A stretch of 64,000 nt of DNA, taken from assembly GCA_951406725.2 (NCBI GenBank), contig OX597819.1, forward strand, positions 108,500,001 to 108,564,000, given 5' to 3'. The translations under genes were made by a program, and so were the position numbers. The notes under the pieces are model-generated. The model searched no databases, had not been told where the DNA came from, and saw only the letters and a program-made list of their open reading frames with translations. The stretch is from Octopus vulgaris. Lineage: Eukaryota. Below are positions 1-12,748 of this stretch, piece after piece; the stretch's first letter is position 1; each line of letters opens with the position of its first letter.

Positions 1-59
1 ACACCAGCCAACCCTAGTTCTCAACCCATGGTGGGGAGGGAGGGATGCATGCATACATA

Positions 60-228
60 CATATGATGGCCGTCTTTCAATTTCTATCAATAAAATCCAT
101 TCACTGGGCTTTGGTTAGCCAGGGATATAGTAGAAAGTACTTGGCTGAAGTGCCACACAGTGGGACTGAACCCAAGACCATATTATTGAGAAGCTAGCTT
201 CTTATACACACAACCACACCTGTGCCTA
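60..228 (-). mobile_element. tRNA-derived SINE family C, 5' part
   Basis: Reverse complement of the head seen at 59121 (GGCTGTGTGGTAAGAAG...GGTTCAGTCCC...CTTGGGCAAGTGTCTTC). Confidence 0.7.
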
Positions 229-516
229 CATACTTATAATCAGTTCCTAAGCCCAATTTTAAATCAATTATATTACTCAGGAAATTAAAATTCAATTCTG
301 AGAGTTAAAATTTTGCTTGGTGGTTTGTTCAACCACTAGCTGAATAAACCATCCAGCAAAAATAGAGCATCTAGTCAAAATTGAAGGCTGGTTTCAGGAC
401 CTTGTATGTCACAGAGGAAATAACAAAGGATCAGGATGATGGGCAGTATACAGTTCTAAGGAAGACCCACCTACTTTGGTAAAACAGATTCTGGAAGTCC
501 AATGAGATGAGTGTTT

Positions 517-557
<41 letters not shown>

Positions 558-799
558 ACTAGATTCTCACCCAACCAACTTCTCTTCAAGGTATTCCCAG
601 TACTCATTATCTCTCTTACTGCAATATTCTGCTACTGTAATTAAATATGAACAAAAATGTATACTTCACAAACGCTAAGAGTACAAGATGTTTATATGAC
701 ACATTCTACCAGTATACAAAGTTTGAAAGTGTTTAGTTACAACAAATTATTTTCTAAATCTGTCAGTCAAAAGGTAAAGATCCCACAGCTGCTACTTGT

Positions 800-1470
800 T
801 GTATCGACCCCGAAAGTATGAAAGGCAAAATTGACCATTGTGGAATTTGAACTCAAAATGTAGCAACAGGCAAAATGCCACAAAGCATTTCACCTGGCAT
901 GCTAACAATTCTGCCAGCTTGCTACCATAATAATGGTTTCAAATTTTGCCACAATGGCAGCCATTTTGAGGGAGAGGATGTGTCAATTACATCGACCCCA
1001 GTGTTCAACTAGTACTTAATTTATCAACCCTGAAAGGATGAAAGGCAAAGTTGACTTCTGTGGAATTTGAACTCAGAACATAAAGAGGGACAAAATACTG
1101 CTAAGCACTTCATCTGGTATGCTAATGATTCTGCCAGCTCACCGCCATAATGATAATAATAATAATAATAATAATCCTTTCTACTAAAGACACAAGGCCT
1201 GAAATTTGATGGGGAGGGGACTAGTCAATTACATCAACCCCAGTGTTTCACTGATACTTAATTTATTGCCCCCAAAAGGATGAAAGGCAATGTCGACTTT
1301 GGTGGAATTTGAACTCGCAACAGAGCAACGGGTAAAATACCACAAAGCATTTCATCCAGTGCACTAACAATAATTTACCTTGTTGGAATTTGAACTCAGA
1401 ATGTAACAACAGGTGAAATACTGCTAAGCATTTCACCAAGCATGCTAACGATTCTGCCAGCTTGCCATCT
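800..1470 (-). mobile_element. Tandem cluster of 3-4 tRNA-derived SINE family A copies
   Basis: Repeated ATCGACCCCGAAAGGATGAAAGGCAAA...GGAATTTGAACTCAG...TTCTGCCAGCT units separated by (TAA)n. A-box and B-box (GAGTTCAAATTC) are on the minus strand. Confidence 0.85.
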
Positions 1471-1686
1471 TAGGCCAGCTCAGAGGCACAAAAACAAAAA
1501 TTTGAGTTCATTGATTGAATTGACCTAGTACATGACAGGTGCTATATTTTATCGACTCCAGAAGGCAAGGTCGACCATAGCAGGATTTAAATTCAGGTTG
1601 TAAAGGAATGGGTTGAAATACCATCAAGTATTTTGTCCTTTCTATCAGTTCTATCATTCCACAGCCAACAACAACAATAATCATCA

Positions 1687-2010
<324 letters not shown>

Positions 2011-2519
2011 TCATTCTTTCAATAAAGATTTGTTTTTGTTTTCATTGGCCACAAAGAACCATCACATGAAATACAAAATATATTATGCAAAAAGATTACA
2101 AAACATGTCAGTGTAAACATATATAAAACAATTGGGAGAAAAGTAGAATGGAAGAAAAAAAAAACAAACATTAGAACTTAAATCACAATACATATTGGTT
2201 GATTGGCAAATTGAAGGACAATGCAGAGTCAAGAGAACATAACTTCTCTAGCACTGGTACCACCAAAAATAATAAAAAATGCACCCAGTACACACAGTAA
2301 AGTGGTTGATTTTAGGAAGGATATTCAGCTGTTAAAACCACACCAAAACTGAGACATTCGAACAAGATATGGTTCTCTCACTTGTCAAACTCTCCAACCC
2401 ATGCCAGCATTGTAAAACCAACATAAATGATGGTGATATCAACAGTGGAGTAGAAATTGCCACTTATGAAGGATAGGGGCTTTCCAAGACACTGACCACC
2501 TTTACTTCAAGATAACTAG

Positions 2520-2910
2520 CCTTTTCTGATTAAAGATAGTTCCAGTACCAGGTATAAATTATGAGAAATAGGTACCATAACTTCTATGTCTTAAACTTTA
2601 GTTATTTTATCTTGAAATATGGGACTCACTCCACAACGTCAGTGTTTTCTCTATCGAACAGTAAAAATCTGTTGTGTCTCTTTTCTGTCCAGTTTAACCA
2701 CCAAGGACCAAAGCTCAGCTAGTGTCACAGAGTGGTGAGGAGTAAAACAAAGATATGGTTAATGTGCTATAGTTTTGATTGTACTTTACCTTCAGTGCTA
2801 GATGACGAGGTAGTACATAGCACAGATCTTTTAAGTCAAGAATAGCAGCAGATGTTGGAGCAAAGATACTCTGATATGCTGAAACAACCATGAGAGTAAA
2901 TAGGTTTGAA
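2520..2910 (-). mobile_element. Possible highly degraded LINE endonuclease fragment
   Basis: Minus-strand translation gives LMVVSAY..FAPTS, reminiscent of the AP-endonuclease VSxYAPT motif. Many stops. Confidence 0.3.
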
Positions 2911-3324
2911 CCAGAGACCTCTGGCTCAACAGTCTAGAAATATCTCAGCAAGAAAGTGAATCTCTGTCTCACCATCAACATTTTAACATCTACATTTCCA
3001 AACTGGGTTGGATAAGTCAGTAATACAATATATTAAAACCTGTTTCAGTCCTTGATCATCTCAAAATCTGACTCTACTAATGACTTCAACCAGGTCTTTC
3101 TCAACCGCAACTCTTACACAAGTAGACAACCAATTACAATTCAGAGCACTTTTTCACCCAACACTTACCATATCACTACATCACATATCTACCAGGTCTA
3201 CACAACAGTTATTTCCCTTGAAAATATCCTTTCTTTTCAACTATGGGCACATGGCCTGGATTTTGTGGGGAGGTAGACAGTTGATCACATCGACCCTAGT
3301 ACTCAACTGGTACTTAATTTATCC

Positions 3325-3537
3325 TTTTCTACTCTAGGCATAAGGCCTGAAATTTTGGGGGAGGGGGCCAGTCGATTAGATCTACCCCACTACACAACTG
3401 GTACTTAATTTATTGACCCTGAAAGGATGAAAGACAAAGTTGACCATGGCAGAATTTGAACTCAGAACATAGCGACGGGAGAAATACTGCTAAGCATTTC
3501 GCCCAGCATGCTAACAATTCTGTCATCTTGCTGCCTT
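3325..3537 (-). mobile_element. SINE family A copy, with a partial second copy at about 3245-3322
   Basis: Full head-to-tail similarity to the other family A copies. Confidence 0.85.
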
Positions 3538-3989
3538 TTCCCTTGCAAATATCAACTGATGTCTTCTCTACCCATCAGTTCTAGAATCATCTATGCTCCA
3601 CCCATCATTTATCATCATTATCAATTTACATCCACTTTTCCATGTTGGCATGGGTTGTATGGGCTGTCATAGACTGAGTCAATTCTTATTTGGACTTACT
3701 GCCCTTCTGAACAGATCAGGAACCACACCTCACGAGTACATTCCATTTTTGGTTTGTTTTATGCAACTGAGTGCCCTTCCTATACTCAACCATTTTACAG
3801 AGTCTACTAGGTGCATATGGTATCAGTACTTGAGAGACTATCATGTCTTAAGGTTAAAATTATTTATTCTCTACAGCCTCCATATTCATATAGCTTTCAT
3901 ATTTAATGTTATTGAATAACAACAACAATCACAGTAATAATTTCTTTCACTCATACACACAAGGCAACAAATTTAATAATAATAATAAT

Positions 3990-4300
3990 GAAATTATTGT
4001 ATACAGTTCTCAGGTGCACCACAACTTGTCAAAAGTGCGTATAAAGCATATGCCTTAATGTAAAAACGTCTGGGAAGTGAACAGTGTATGAGTCAGATAC
4101 ATGCTTGAGTGTGTATGGAGGGGAGAAAATCAAGTGTAGTGTTGGCGAATCTCAGGAAGCATGGAAGTTTTGAAGGATGCAGTGCTCCGACAACTAACAA
4201 CTGATGCCGGCAGTTTGTTCCATGCTTCAGCAACTCTTAGCATGAAAAAATGTTTCTGAAAGTCATGGGAGCTGTGCTATTTTCTGACTTTGTAAACATG
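3990..4300 (-). mobile_element. CR1/L2-group LINE 3' end
   Basis: Minus strand reads HSSHDFQKHFFMLRVAEAWNKLPASVVSCRSTASFKTSM, matching the typical FFxxRVxxxWNxLP C-terminal motif. Followed by a short UTR and an (ATT)n tail. Confidence 0.75.
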
Positions 4301-4414
4301 TTAATGAGAAGATATAGTTGATTATATTGATACTACAGTTCTATATTTAAGAGATGAAGAATTATGTACATTATTTACATTTGACAGATATTTGTCCTCA
4401 TCTTGTTTGTTGTT

Positions 4415-4462
4415 AACACAATGTTTCAGCTGATATATACCCTCCAGCCTTCATCAGGTGTC
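4415..4462 (-). ncRNA. Minimal type I hammerhead ribozyme motif (partly decayed)
   Basis: GACAC-CTGATGA-AG-GCTG(loop)CAGC-T-GAAAC-ATT-GTGTT. Stem I is GACAC/GTGTT and the core is intact, but the expected AACGTT palindrome is decayed to AACATT. Confidence 0.6.
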
Positions 4463-4592
4463 TTGGGGAAATTTTGAACCTGGGTTCTCATTATTAAGGT
4501 TAGTAGCCTGCGCTCTTAACCACTACGCCATATGCTTGTGGCCATATGGCGTACTAACCCCAAAATTCCAAGTTCAATTCCAGGCAGTGACC

Positions 4593-4647
<55 letters not shown>

Positions 4648-4696
4648 CATCAAAAAATACCTTAGGAATGAGAACCCAGGTTCAAAATTTCTCCAA

Positions 4697-4742
4697 CGCA
4701 CCTGATGAAGGCTGGAGGGTATATCAGCCAAAACATTATGTT
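4697..4742 (+). ncRNA. Hammerhead ribozyme relic (core G12 mutated)
   Basis: CGCAC-CTGATGA-A-GGCTG(loop)CAGCC-AAAAC-ATT-ATGTT. The GAAA>AAAA change is consistent with CpG decay, so it is probably inactive. Confidence 0.5.
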
Positions 4743-5089
4743 AACAACAAACAAGATGAGGACAAATATCTGTCAAATGTAAATAATGTATAGTGATACT
4801 AGTACTTGACTTATTTTATTAAGCCTAGAAAGATGAATGGTAAAGTCAACTGTGATGTGATTTGAACTCAGAAGAAAGATGTAAAAACAGTGCAAATACC
4901 CTGTTCTTCACACCACCACACATAAGCAAATAATAATAATAATCTAATACATAACAACAGCATACAAACAATTGTAATTATATTTATATTAGGTTCCAGA
5001 TATTGAAGGTGTTGTATCTGTGTGTGGGGATGAGGACAAGACAAAAGCAGGTTAGGATAAATTGATGCCAGACACGAAATAAAGGATAC

Positions 5090-5223
5090 ATATGATTACA
5101 TGTTAATTTGCAGGTTTTTTCTATGATTGCATTCTCATTGTTCATAACAAGAATGTCATTACCACACACTGCACACATGTTCTGTTCCAACGTCTTTGTC
5201 GGCAAACCAGTGGTTGTATAAAA
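5090..5223 (-). CDS. RNF121: RNF121 coding exon 6 (FYTTTGLPTKTLEQNMCAVCGNDILVMNNENAIIEKTCKLTCNH-I), first half of RING-H2
   Basis: CAVC...LxCNH RING residues. ttacag| acceptor; ends at U12-type donor AT|GTATCCTTT; 134 nt. Confidence 0.96.
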
Positions 5224-5519
5224 CTGTAATAAAATCCAGGCAAATACATTAGCATGCTTAATTAATAAAAACAGTGTACGGTAGTATGATACTATAACTG
5301 AGGTTTTCTTTGGTTAATAATTTTATTGCTGATACAGTTTATGTATAAAACTATAAGGAGCCTGTTAATTAATGATTTTCAATTATAGGTACAATAAATC
5401 AGAGGGAAAAAACAATATCTAAATAAACTTTCATAAAGAGCAGAAAGAAATCTGATTAATTAATAAGGACTCAGAAGGACATGGGTTGTAAGGTGAAGGT
5501 GCTTCACTATTAATAACCA

Positions 5520-5702
5520 CATGTAAAAAGCACCCACTACACTCTCGGAGTGGTTGGCATTAGGAAGGGTATCCAGCAGTAGAAACCTTGCCAAATCAGA
5601 TTGGAGCCTGGTGCAGTCGCCCAGCATACCAGTTCTCAGTCAAACCACCCAATCCATGCTAGCATGGAAGGCGGACATTAAACAATGACAACAATGATGA
5701 TC
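5520..5702 (+). mobile_element. RTE-LINE 3' tail (5'-truncated copy, family B)
   Basis: AAAAAGCACCCACTACACTC...AGGAAGGG.ATCCAGC...GGACATTAAAC matches the 3' end of the RTE at 19990-21178. Confidence 0.8.
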
Positions 5703-7117
5703 CTAAGATCTTATTACTGACATTGTGAGCTCCTGAGCAAGGCACCCAACTATGCTCCACTCCTATTCTACACTTGAGTGGTTAACAGTAGGAAGGGCAT
5801 CATCAAGCAATAAAAACCACCATTTATCCAACCAATAAACCATCTCATACAATTCAACATGGCAAACAGATGTAAAACAATTAAAAAGAAGCCACAGATA
5901 TATAAAACTGAAATGTAGGTTTTGAGTGATTAACAACTGTTGTGTTTAATAGCTTATAAACAGAAGTTACCAACTAGAATTGAAGCAGACTTCCAATATC
6001 AGATGAAGTACACTGATGTTAAGAGCTATGTAACCTAGGCATAATAATATATGAGTTGACCTGCACAGCAGACAAATATATCAATGAGGTGTCTAGCTTT
6101 GCTTTGATACAGTAGCCTCATTTTGAGACACTAGCTTCATTCTGAGTGAAACTGTAGAAACGGTCACAGTTCCTACCAGGCTTTGGTCAAAGACACATGT
6201 CTTCTCTGCAGCTCCACATGCAATCTCCCATGTGCAACTCACATGTCTATTCACCTCAACACAAAATATATTCTCAAAATGACTGTTCTCATTACACACA
6301 TGCATACACACTGTAATACAAATATTACATGTTATTTCTTTCAGTGCAAAAGCAAAGATCAAAACTTACTTTGTATGTAAACACACATGCTTTTGTATCA
6401 TACTATATACTTCCACCACAAAAGGTGAGCACAGAATAAACAATATATTTACACACAAAAATGTCTTATGGTGATTCATACTAACTGTTTTTCCATTTAA
6501 TAACACACACTTGAACAGCCAACGGCAGCCACTATAAATTTATAAAATAATCAGAAAAGTTAAAAATAACTTTTACAGAGAAACAAGCCAATGAGGGTGC
6601 TTCTGTGTAATGCTAAAAATGGCAGCTAAATCACTCATTGTCTTGAAAAGAAAAATGACACTTTGGATAATGTGTCTTGGAAAAGAACAACACTTTGGAT
6701 AATGTGATTGTGGATGTATTATCTGGGAAAAGATGGGATGTCAAGACTAGAGTTCCTCTGGTCATAGATCTGCTGGATCAGGGCTAACCCAGCATTCAAT
6801 AACACCAAATAAATATCACTATGTTTTGTCAAAAGATGTCAATAATCACACTTTTAAATGAAACATATACAATGTTCTTCCAGCAAACATTGACCACCAT
6901 GACAAAGATTTGATGATCTGATGAACCCAATGTGGAAGCATCTTTAAGGTCACTTCGTCTGCTAGAAATAGCAGACAAATCTCCCTCAAAACATATTCTA
7001 CTAACTTAAGGAAGTAAGAACATTTTTGATAATATAGGCATATGATCTCAAGCCTGGTTGGTACCATAGCCAATACAAAAACTAAATCTATGGTGGTGAG
7101 ACAATAACTGTATTTTA

Positions 7118-7408
<291 letters not shown>

Positions 7409-7467
7409 TTAATAGAAAATAGATGAAAAGTTACATTTGTTTAAATAATTGTTTGTGTGTGAGTTTA

Positions 7468-7504
<37 letters not shown>

Positions 7505-7579
7505 TGATTAAGAACATTAGATCATTAAAGTATTTTATTCATTCTTATAGTAAAGTGCATATGCCCATTATGTATAACC

Positions 7580-7800
7580 AGCATCGCCTTACTGGCACTT
7601 AAGCCTGTGCTTGTAGGGTGCCAAGAACACCATCCAAGCGTGATCGTTGCCAGAGCAGCCAACTGGTTTCCGTACCCGTGGCACGTAAAGGGCACCATTC
7701 GAGCGTGATCGTTACCAACATCACTTTACTGGCACCTGTGTCGGTGGCACGTGTAAAAAGATTTGAGCAAGGTCATTGCCAGTACCGCCTGACTGGTTGC
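7580..7800 (+). mobile_element. RTE-LINE 3'UTR internal fragment
   Basis: AGCGTGATCGTTGCCAGAGC and GTGGCACGT units are shared with 20760-20940. Confidence 0.7.
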
Positions 7801-7903
7801 AAAGTGAACTTCTTAAGCATACAGCCATGCTGTACAGGATATATCTTAGCCAACACTATATGTAATAGACAAATGTACAAGACCTCTCTCTCTCTCTCTG
7901 TGA

Positions 7904-7974
<71 letters not shown>

Positions 7975-8908
7975 GATGAAATCGATATGGTTGAATTCTG
8001 CCTGAACATCAGCAGGTATATGTTCACAGGAAAAAAATGTGAGCTGAGAGTGTCTGGTGCAACTGCTTGTAATATCATGTATTTCACCAGGTGTATCCAT
8101 GGACCAGATAGGGTGTTAATCTAAGCAGTATATAACACCTACCAACTGTGTGCTATAATCAACAAGTGAAGGATTTAAATTTCAATTAGTGAAATCTTAT
8201 CAGCTTTAGTGTCATTTGAGTTACGCAGGTTCTCTCAAAATTTTTTAGATCAGTTAATATTTAAAATAAATAATCTAGTGGCATAGATTTGGCAATTAAT
8301 GTCCAAAAGATATATAATTATCTAATTAGAGATCTTACAGATTTATTCTAGGTAAGAAATCTCTCACTCTAGAATAATTTAGGGGTCATAAACACTACAG
8401 AGAAATTCTGGTTTGGTTACTGAAGAACCATAGTTTCAACCAAGCCTGAGTTTCATAAAGTTCCTGTGTAGGGTACAACTATGACTGTAACCACACAGCC
8501 ATGCTTGCACACTGAGATCAATCTCATGTCTTCTACCATAGCTTCAGTTCATTTAATGCCTCGTGAGTGAAATTTCGTAGATGATAAAACTTCAGAAAAG
8601 ACTTATTCCACCCAACTCTCTCTCTCACACACACACGCGTGCACACACACACACACACACACTCTCTCTCTCTCTCACTCACTCACTATCAGAAACCAGA
8701 AATGTAAAGAAACTGATTATCTCATTGGGAAATTGTTCACAAAATATGTGATCTAAAATCAAATAAAAAACTTTGAATGTCTTCTTAGTCATATCATGTA
8801 ATCTTATATAGAATTCCTGTATTTAAATGGTAGTATATGCTATGTCTATAATGTGTGTATAAGTGAGGAAATGAAAGAGAACTGTGCTCTTTGAATAAGT
8901 GACAGTAC

Positions 8909-9063
8909 CTGGGTGTTGTACCAGTGAGAGGTTTCCGTGTTGCTCGAAAGGTCACATAAGCTGTGATGATGGAGAAAATCAACCAGATGATAATGAAACG
9001 GACCCAATGGTATTTGATGGAGAATAGCACAGGTATCAACCACATTCCTATCAAGGTGGCTCT
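8909..9063 (-). CDS. RNF121: RNF121 coding exon 4 (RATLIGMWLIPVLFSIKYHWVRFIIIWLIFSIITAYVTFRATRKPLTGTTP-R)
   Basis: Transmembrane segments plus the ATRKPLxxTTPR motif. tag| acceptor and AG|GTACTG donor; 155 nt. Confidence 0.95.
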
Positions 9064-9089
9064 CTACAGTGGTATAAAAAAGATTAGTC

Positions 9090-9760
9090 ACTGGTTAGGA
9101 TAGACAAGGTGAAGACAAGACAGATTGGATACAATATAACAGACAGGAATAAATAAGAGAGCAGGGCAAATTAAATGAGAAATGGCCGAAAGGGTGGGGG
9201 AATAGATTAGTATAAATAGAATAGGAAATAGAGGCTAGGAGGAAGTTAAATAAGATGGAAACAAGTGAGATAAGATGAGGATATGTTAGATGGGATGAAG
9301 ACAATTGAGAGACAATAGGGACAAACTAGAAATGGATGGGAAAACTAGGTGGTATGAGAGCAGATTAGATAGGATGGGACTGTGTTAGATGAAATAAGAT
9401 GAGACAGTGAGAAGAGATTAGAAGGAATAGTTTTAATTTAATGTGACAGAAGATTAGACAAGAAAGAACAGGGTAAGCGGAACAGACAGAAGGAGAGGAC
9501 ACAGTGGAGAATGGACAGACAGAGAAGGCATGCTGGTGGCCAGGTATACAAAGAGACCATAGTGGAGGACAGAGATATAGAGAGGAGAGGCAAAGAAGAC
9601 ACACAGGCTCAGAACATTGAAGAACAGATGACATATTAGAGGGCAAATACACAGAGTACATGCTGAATGTTAGACAAAAAGTACATACAAAGAACAGAAA
9701 CGGAAATAAAGTCAGATATAGAGGTTGGTTCAGAAACAAAGAGAATTAAACATATGTATC
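9090..9760. repeat. Purine-rich (AG) low-complexity tract
   Basis: Degenerate GACA/GATA/GAGA units. Confidence 0.7.
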
Positions 9761-10623
9761 TTGTCACAGCATTTATTACACAATACTTATTGCCACATAG
9801 TATTTTTCATGTCATATGCAGTATATATAAAGTCAAAGACAGAGTTTATAGTATCACTATGTGTCATGTCACACATGGAACAAGTTTTGTTACATACAAC
9901 ACTTATCATGCTTTACACAATATTATGCCACACAGTAGTTAACATGTCACAATATTTATAAAGTAAAACATAGAATTTATTATGTTACACACAGTATTTA
10001 TCATATCTAAACAGTATTCACAGTATTATAGTAAAAGAAAAAAATGATTATTGTAGACAAAAGGCAAAATTATAGTTAACCAAATCAAACATAGTTAAAA
10101 TATTTAGCTAATTAAGCAGGGGGCCTTCAGCATGTAATATAGGAAGGTTTACAGATCCAAGAGTTCAATGCCTCCAATAAGTTTAAGAACTTGTAAACAG
10201 TAAGATACTATGGGACCTAAATCATTCAGACATTTCACCAGTCATCAATTGTCTGTCTGTCTTACTGTCTTTCTTTCTCTCTAAGTATGATATTTATATC
10301 TAAGAAATATCATTTATTCCTCATTATTTTTCTTTTGATAGCTAAATTTGTCTTCAATGAATTGAAACTTTAAGCAGGTTTTTCAACCACAAAGTGCTCT
10401 ATTAGGATTAAGGGCTCCATCCAAGGCCCTGGAAGATTTTGAAGAGGGATATGTTTAATGAGACAATGTGGAAATTATTTTCGACAGACTAAGGAAACAA
10501 CAACGAACAAACAAAAACAAACATTCTAAAATATATGAATAAATAGCAATAGATCTGTAATATTAAATATTTAAAAGAAAAACTTTTTGAAATGGAAGTA
10601 AAGAAAGCAATCTAGAAGAAATA

Positions 10624-10890
10624 TTAAAACCTTTCTGACAGCATCTCCACCTCACCTAAGATTACCTCTGGTTTACAGATAAAAAACTGTTCACATTTCT
10701 ATTATATTCTTAAAACCTTCCATTAATAATTTATGTAAGAAACTTCTGTTATGTTCCTAATACCAGACTAATAAACTAAATGATGAAAATGTTATTTTAC
10801 TAAATCTTCCCAATGTCTTGGTTATTTTCAAAATTAATTAAAACATATAAGCAAAATATTTCATTAGCAATATGGCAAGGAAATGGTTAA
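10624..10890. mobile_element. Degraded piggyBac-like MITE (same family as 51844-52065)
   Basis: TTAA-like ends (…ATGGTTAA). Internal GTTATTTTACTAAAT...TTCAAAATTAATT is shared with the reverse complement of the 51.8-kb element. Confidence 0.5.
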
Positions 10891-10911
10891 GAGAGAAGAG
10901 TAAGATATAAC

Positions 10912-11053
10912 CTGATATGATTTGAAGTGACGTTTCTTCCACTGCATGAGGATGATCTGTGCAATACCAAGGGTGACCAACAGGATAAGCACCATCTCTG
11001 CGTGCATTGCTTCATGGCCACGGTGCTTTTCATGTAGCCTCTGGTGTTCAATT
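10912..11053 (-). CDS. RNF121: RNF121 coding exon 3 (IEHQRLHEKHRGHEAMHAEMVLILLVTLGIAQIILMQWKKRHFKSYQ)
   Basis: Contains the family hallmark KHRGHEAMHAEMVLIL. aag| acceptor and CAG|GTTATA donor; 142 nt; phases consistent. Not present in the supplied ORF track. Confidence 0.95.
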
Positions 11054-11749
11054 CTTCGACAGAAGAAACAAAATGCCTGATATTAATTTAGGGTTTAATG
11101 TCAGGCTGCTTACAGATTTTCTTTTTTACATTAAATCTCTGACATTACAAACTACATGTTAATTGAAACATGAAAACCAAGGATAACCTTAGATGACAGA
11201 ATGTGATGAATTAAGAACTGTCAATCTCTTCCCATTGTCTGCAAAATGCCATTTAACCTGACTTTGGGAATCTGGCTTCATGTCATCAAAACTGTTCATT
11301 ATTACATTGAGAATTTACTAAACAACGCTGTTGAATATTAAATGTAATGAAAACTATTCTTAAATTACAAGAATATATTTATAATACGCATACATTTTTA
11401 TACACAGACACATACACATATGCACATAAATACACACATAAGCATGCATACATATTCTGGCAATACTAATTTGACTAGAACTTCAAGTTTTACCTTTAAC
11501 ATCTTATTCAACCAGGTAAAACTTGAAGTTCCAGTCAAATCAACATTATCAATAAATTTTACTCTACTAAATGTTTAGAGTATATATCTACATTATATAT
11601 TATACACACACACAAACAAACACCCACACACACACACTATATATATACACACACACACACATACATATATGTACATATATAAACATACATATATTTATAT
11701 GTATAAACATATATTTATATGTATAAACATATATTACACATATATATAT

Positions 11750-11938
11750 GTGCTGGTGGCACATAAAAAACACCCACTACACTCTCGGAGTGGCTGGCAT
11801 TAGGAAAGGCATCCAGCTGTAGAAACTTTGTCAGTTCAGTTTGGAGCCTAGCGCACCCTTCTGGCTTGCCAGTCCTCACTCAAACCATCCAAACCATGCC
11901 GGCATGGAAAGCGGACGTTAAACGACAATGATGATGAT
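11750..11938 (+). mobile_element. RTE-LINE 3' tail (family B)
   Basis: GGTGGCACATAAAAAACACCCACTACAC...GGACGTTAAACGACAATGATGATG. Confidence 0.85.
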
Positions 11939-11948
11939 ATGACATAAA

Positions 11949-12705
11949 TATGAGGGTGGGCTGAAAAGATCAAAGGCTGACTATGAAGGGGTGAAATTTT
12001 GCATGCATTCATTTCAACTCTTCTTATTAATAACTGCATTGTTTCTTTCTAGGTAAACTGACATTTCACTGTTTAAACAAGACTTCAAATGTAATGAGTA
12101 GTGATTTCTCTAGAAAATGGACAAAATTTAGCAAGGAGATGTAGAAAAAGATTTTCTCTCCCAAGGACATTCATGCTGACATGGTTGCTGAATTAGGGGA
12201 TGACAATCCAGTTTTATCAATAGTGCAACAGTGAGCAGCTTAATTTAGGAGGGAAAGATAGAGTCATGACGATGACCCAAGGTCTGGGTGTCCTGCAACT
12301 ACCACCTCTGAGGAAAATATTGATTGTGTTTGCTACATGGTAATGGATGACAGGTAATTGACTATGAATTGAATAGCCAATGCTATTAGTATATTCTGTG
12401 TGCGAGTTGAGAATATTCTGCACAATAAACTTGGCATTAAAGGTTTTTGCTTGGTGGGTGCCACATTTTCTGACACCTGATCAAAAGATCACAAGGCTGA
12501 TAAAATCATGGGGAAAATCTAACATTGATTGAGGCGGATCCAGCTGGTTTCCTTAAATGTTTACTAAGTCAGGATGAGTGTTGGGTTCATCACTTTCAAC
12601 CAGAAACAGACAATCCATGCAGTGGAAACACCCCTCCTAATCTACTCCAAAGAAGGCTAAGGTTGTTTCATCAGCAAGAAAGGTGATGGCCCCAGTTTTT
12701 TTGAG
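11949..12705 (+). mobile_element. mariner-type DNA transposon relic (5' TIR plus N-terminal transposase), truncated
   Basis: Terminus TA-TGAGGGTGGGCTGAAAAG. Degenerate translation gives WVPHFLTPDQK (WVPHEL motif), QDECWVHHFQPE (first catalytic D), QWKHP and PKKAK..SARKVM. Stops and frameshifts present. Confidence 0.85.
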
Positions 12706-12748
12706 ATATATATATATATGTATAAACATATATACATATATACATATA

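Larger units (their letters stand above)
4335..4790. mobile_element. Fold-back element: tRNA-like head(s), (TAA)n and Penelope-type tail with hammerhead motif, arranged as an inverted dimer
   Basis: Arms 4367-4500 and 4659-4790 are reverse complements. Central palindrome TACGCCATATG-8nt-CATATGGCGTA (4524-4553). A-box-like TGGCGTAGTGG (minus, 4530-4520) and B-box-like GTTCAATTCC (4572-4581). CTGATGA core in each arm, followed by GAAAC (minus arm) or the decayed AAAAC (plus arm). Confidence 0.8.

Noticed and set aside
560-600. Minus-strand TGGGAA as the start of the final RNF121 exon
   Set aside because: It translates WEYLEEKLVG, not the conserved WE.PH..YG.LLDW C-terminus. The last exon is outside the window.
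4500-4592. tRNA gene
   Set aside because: Only partial A-box and B-box halves on opposite strands, with no complete cloverleaf. Treated as a tRNA-derived element head, as are the heads of SINE families A and C.
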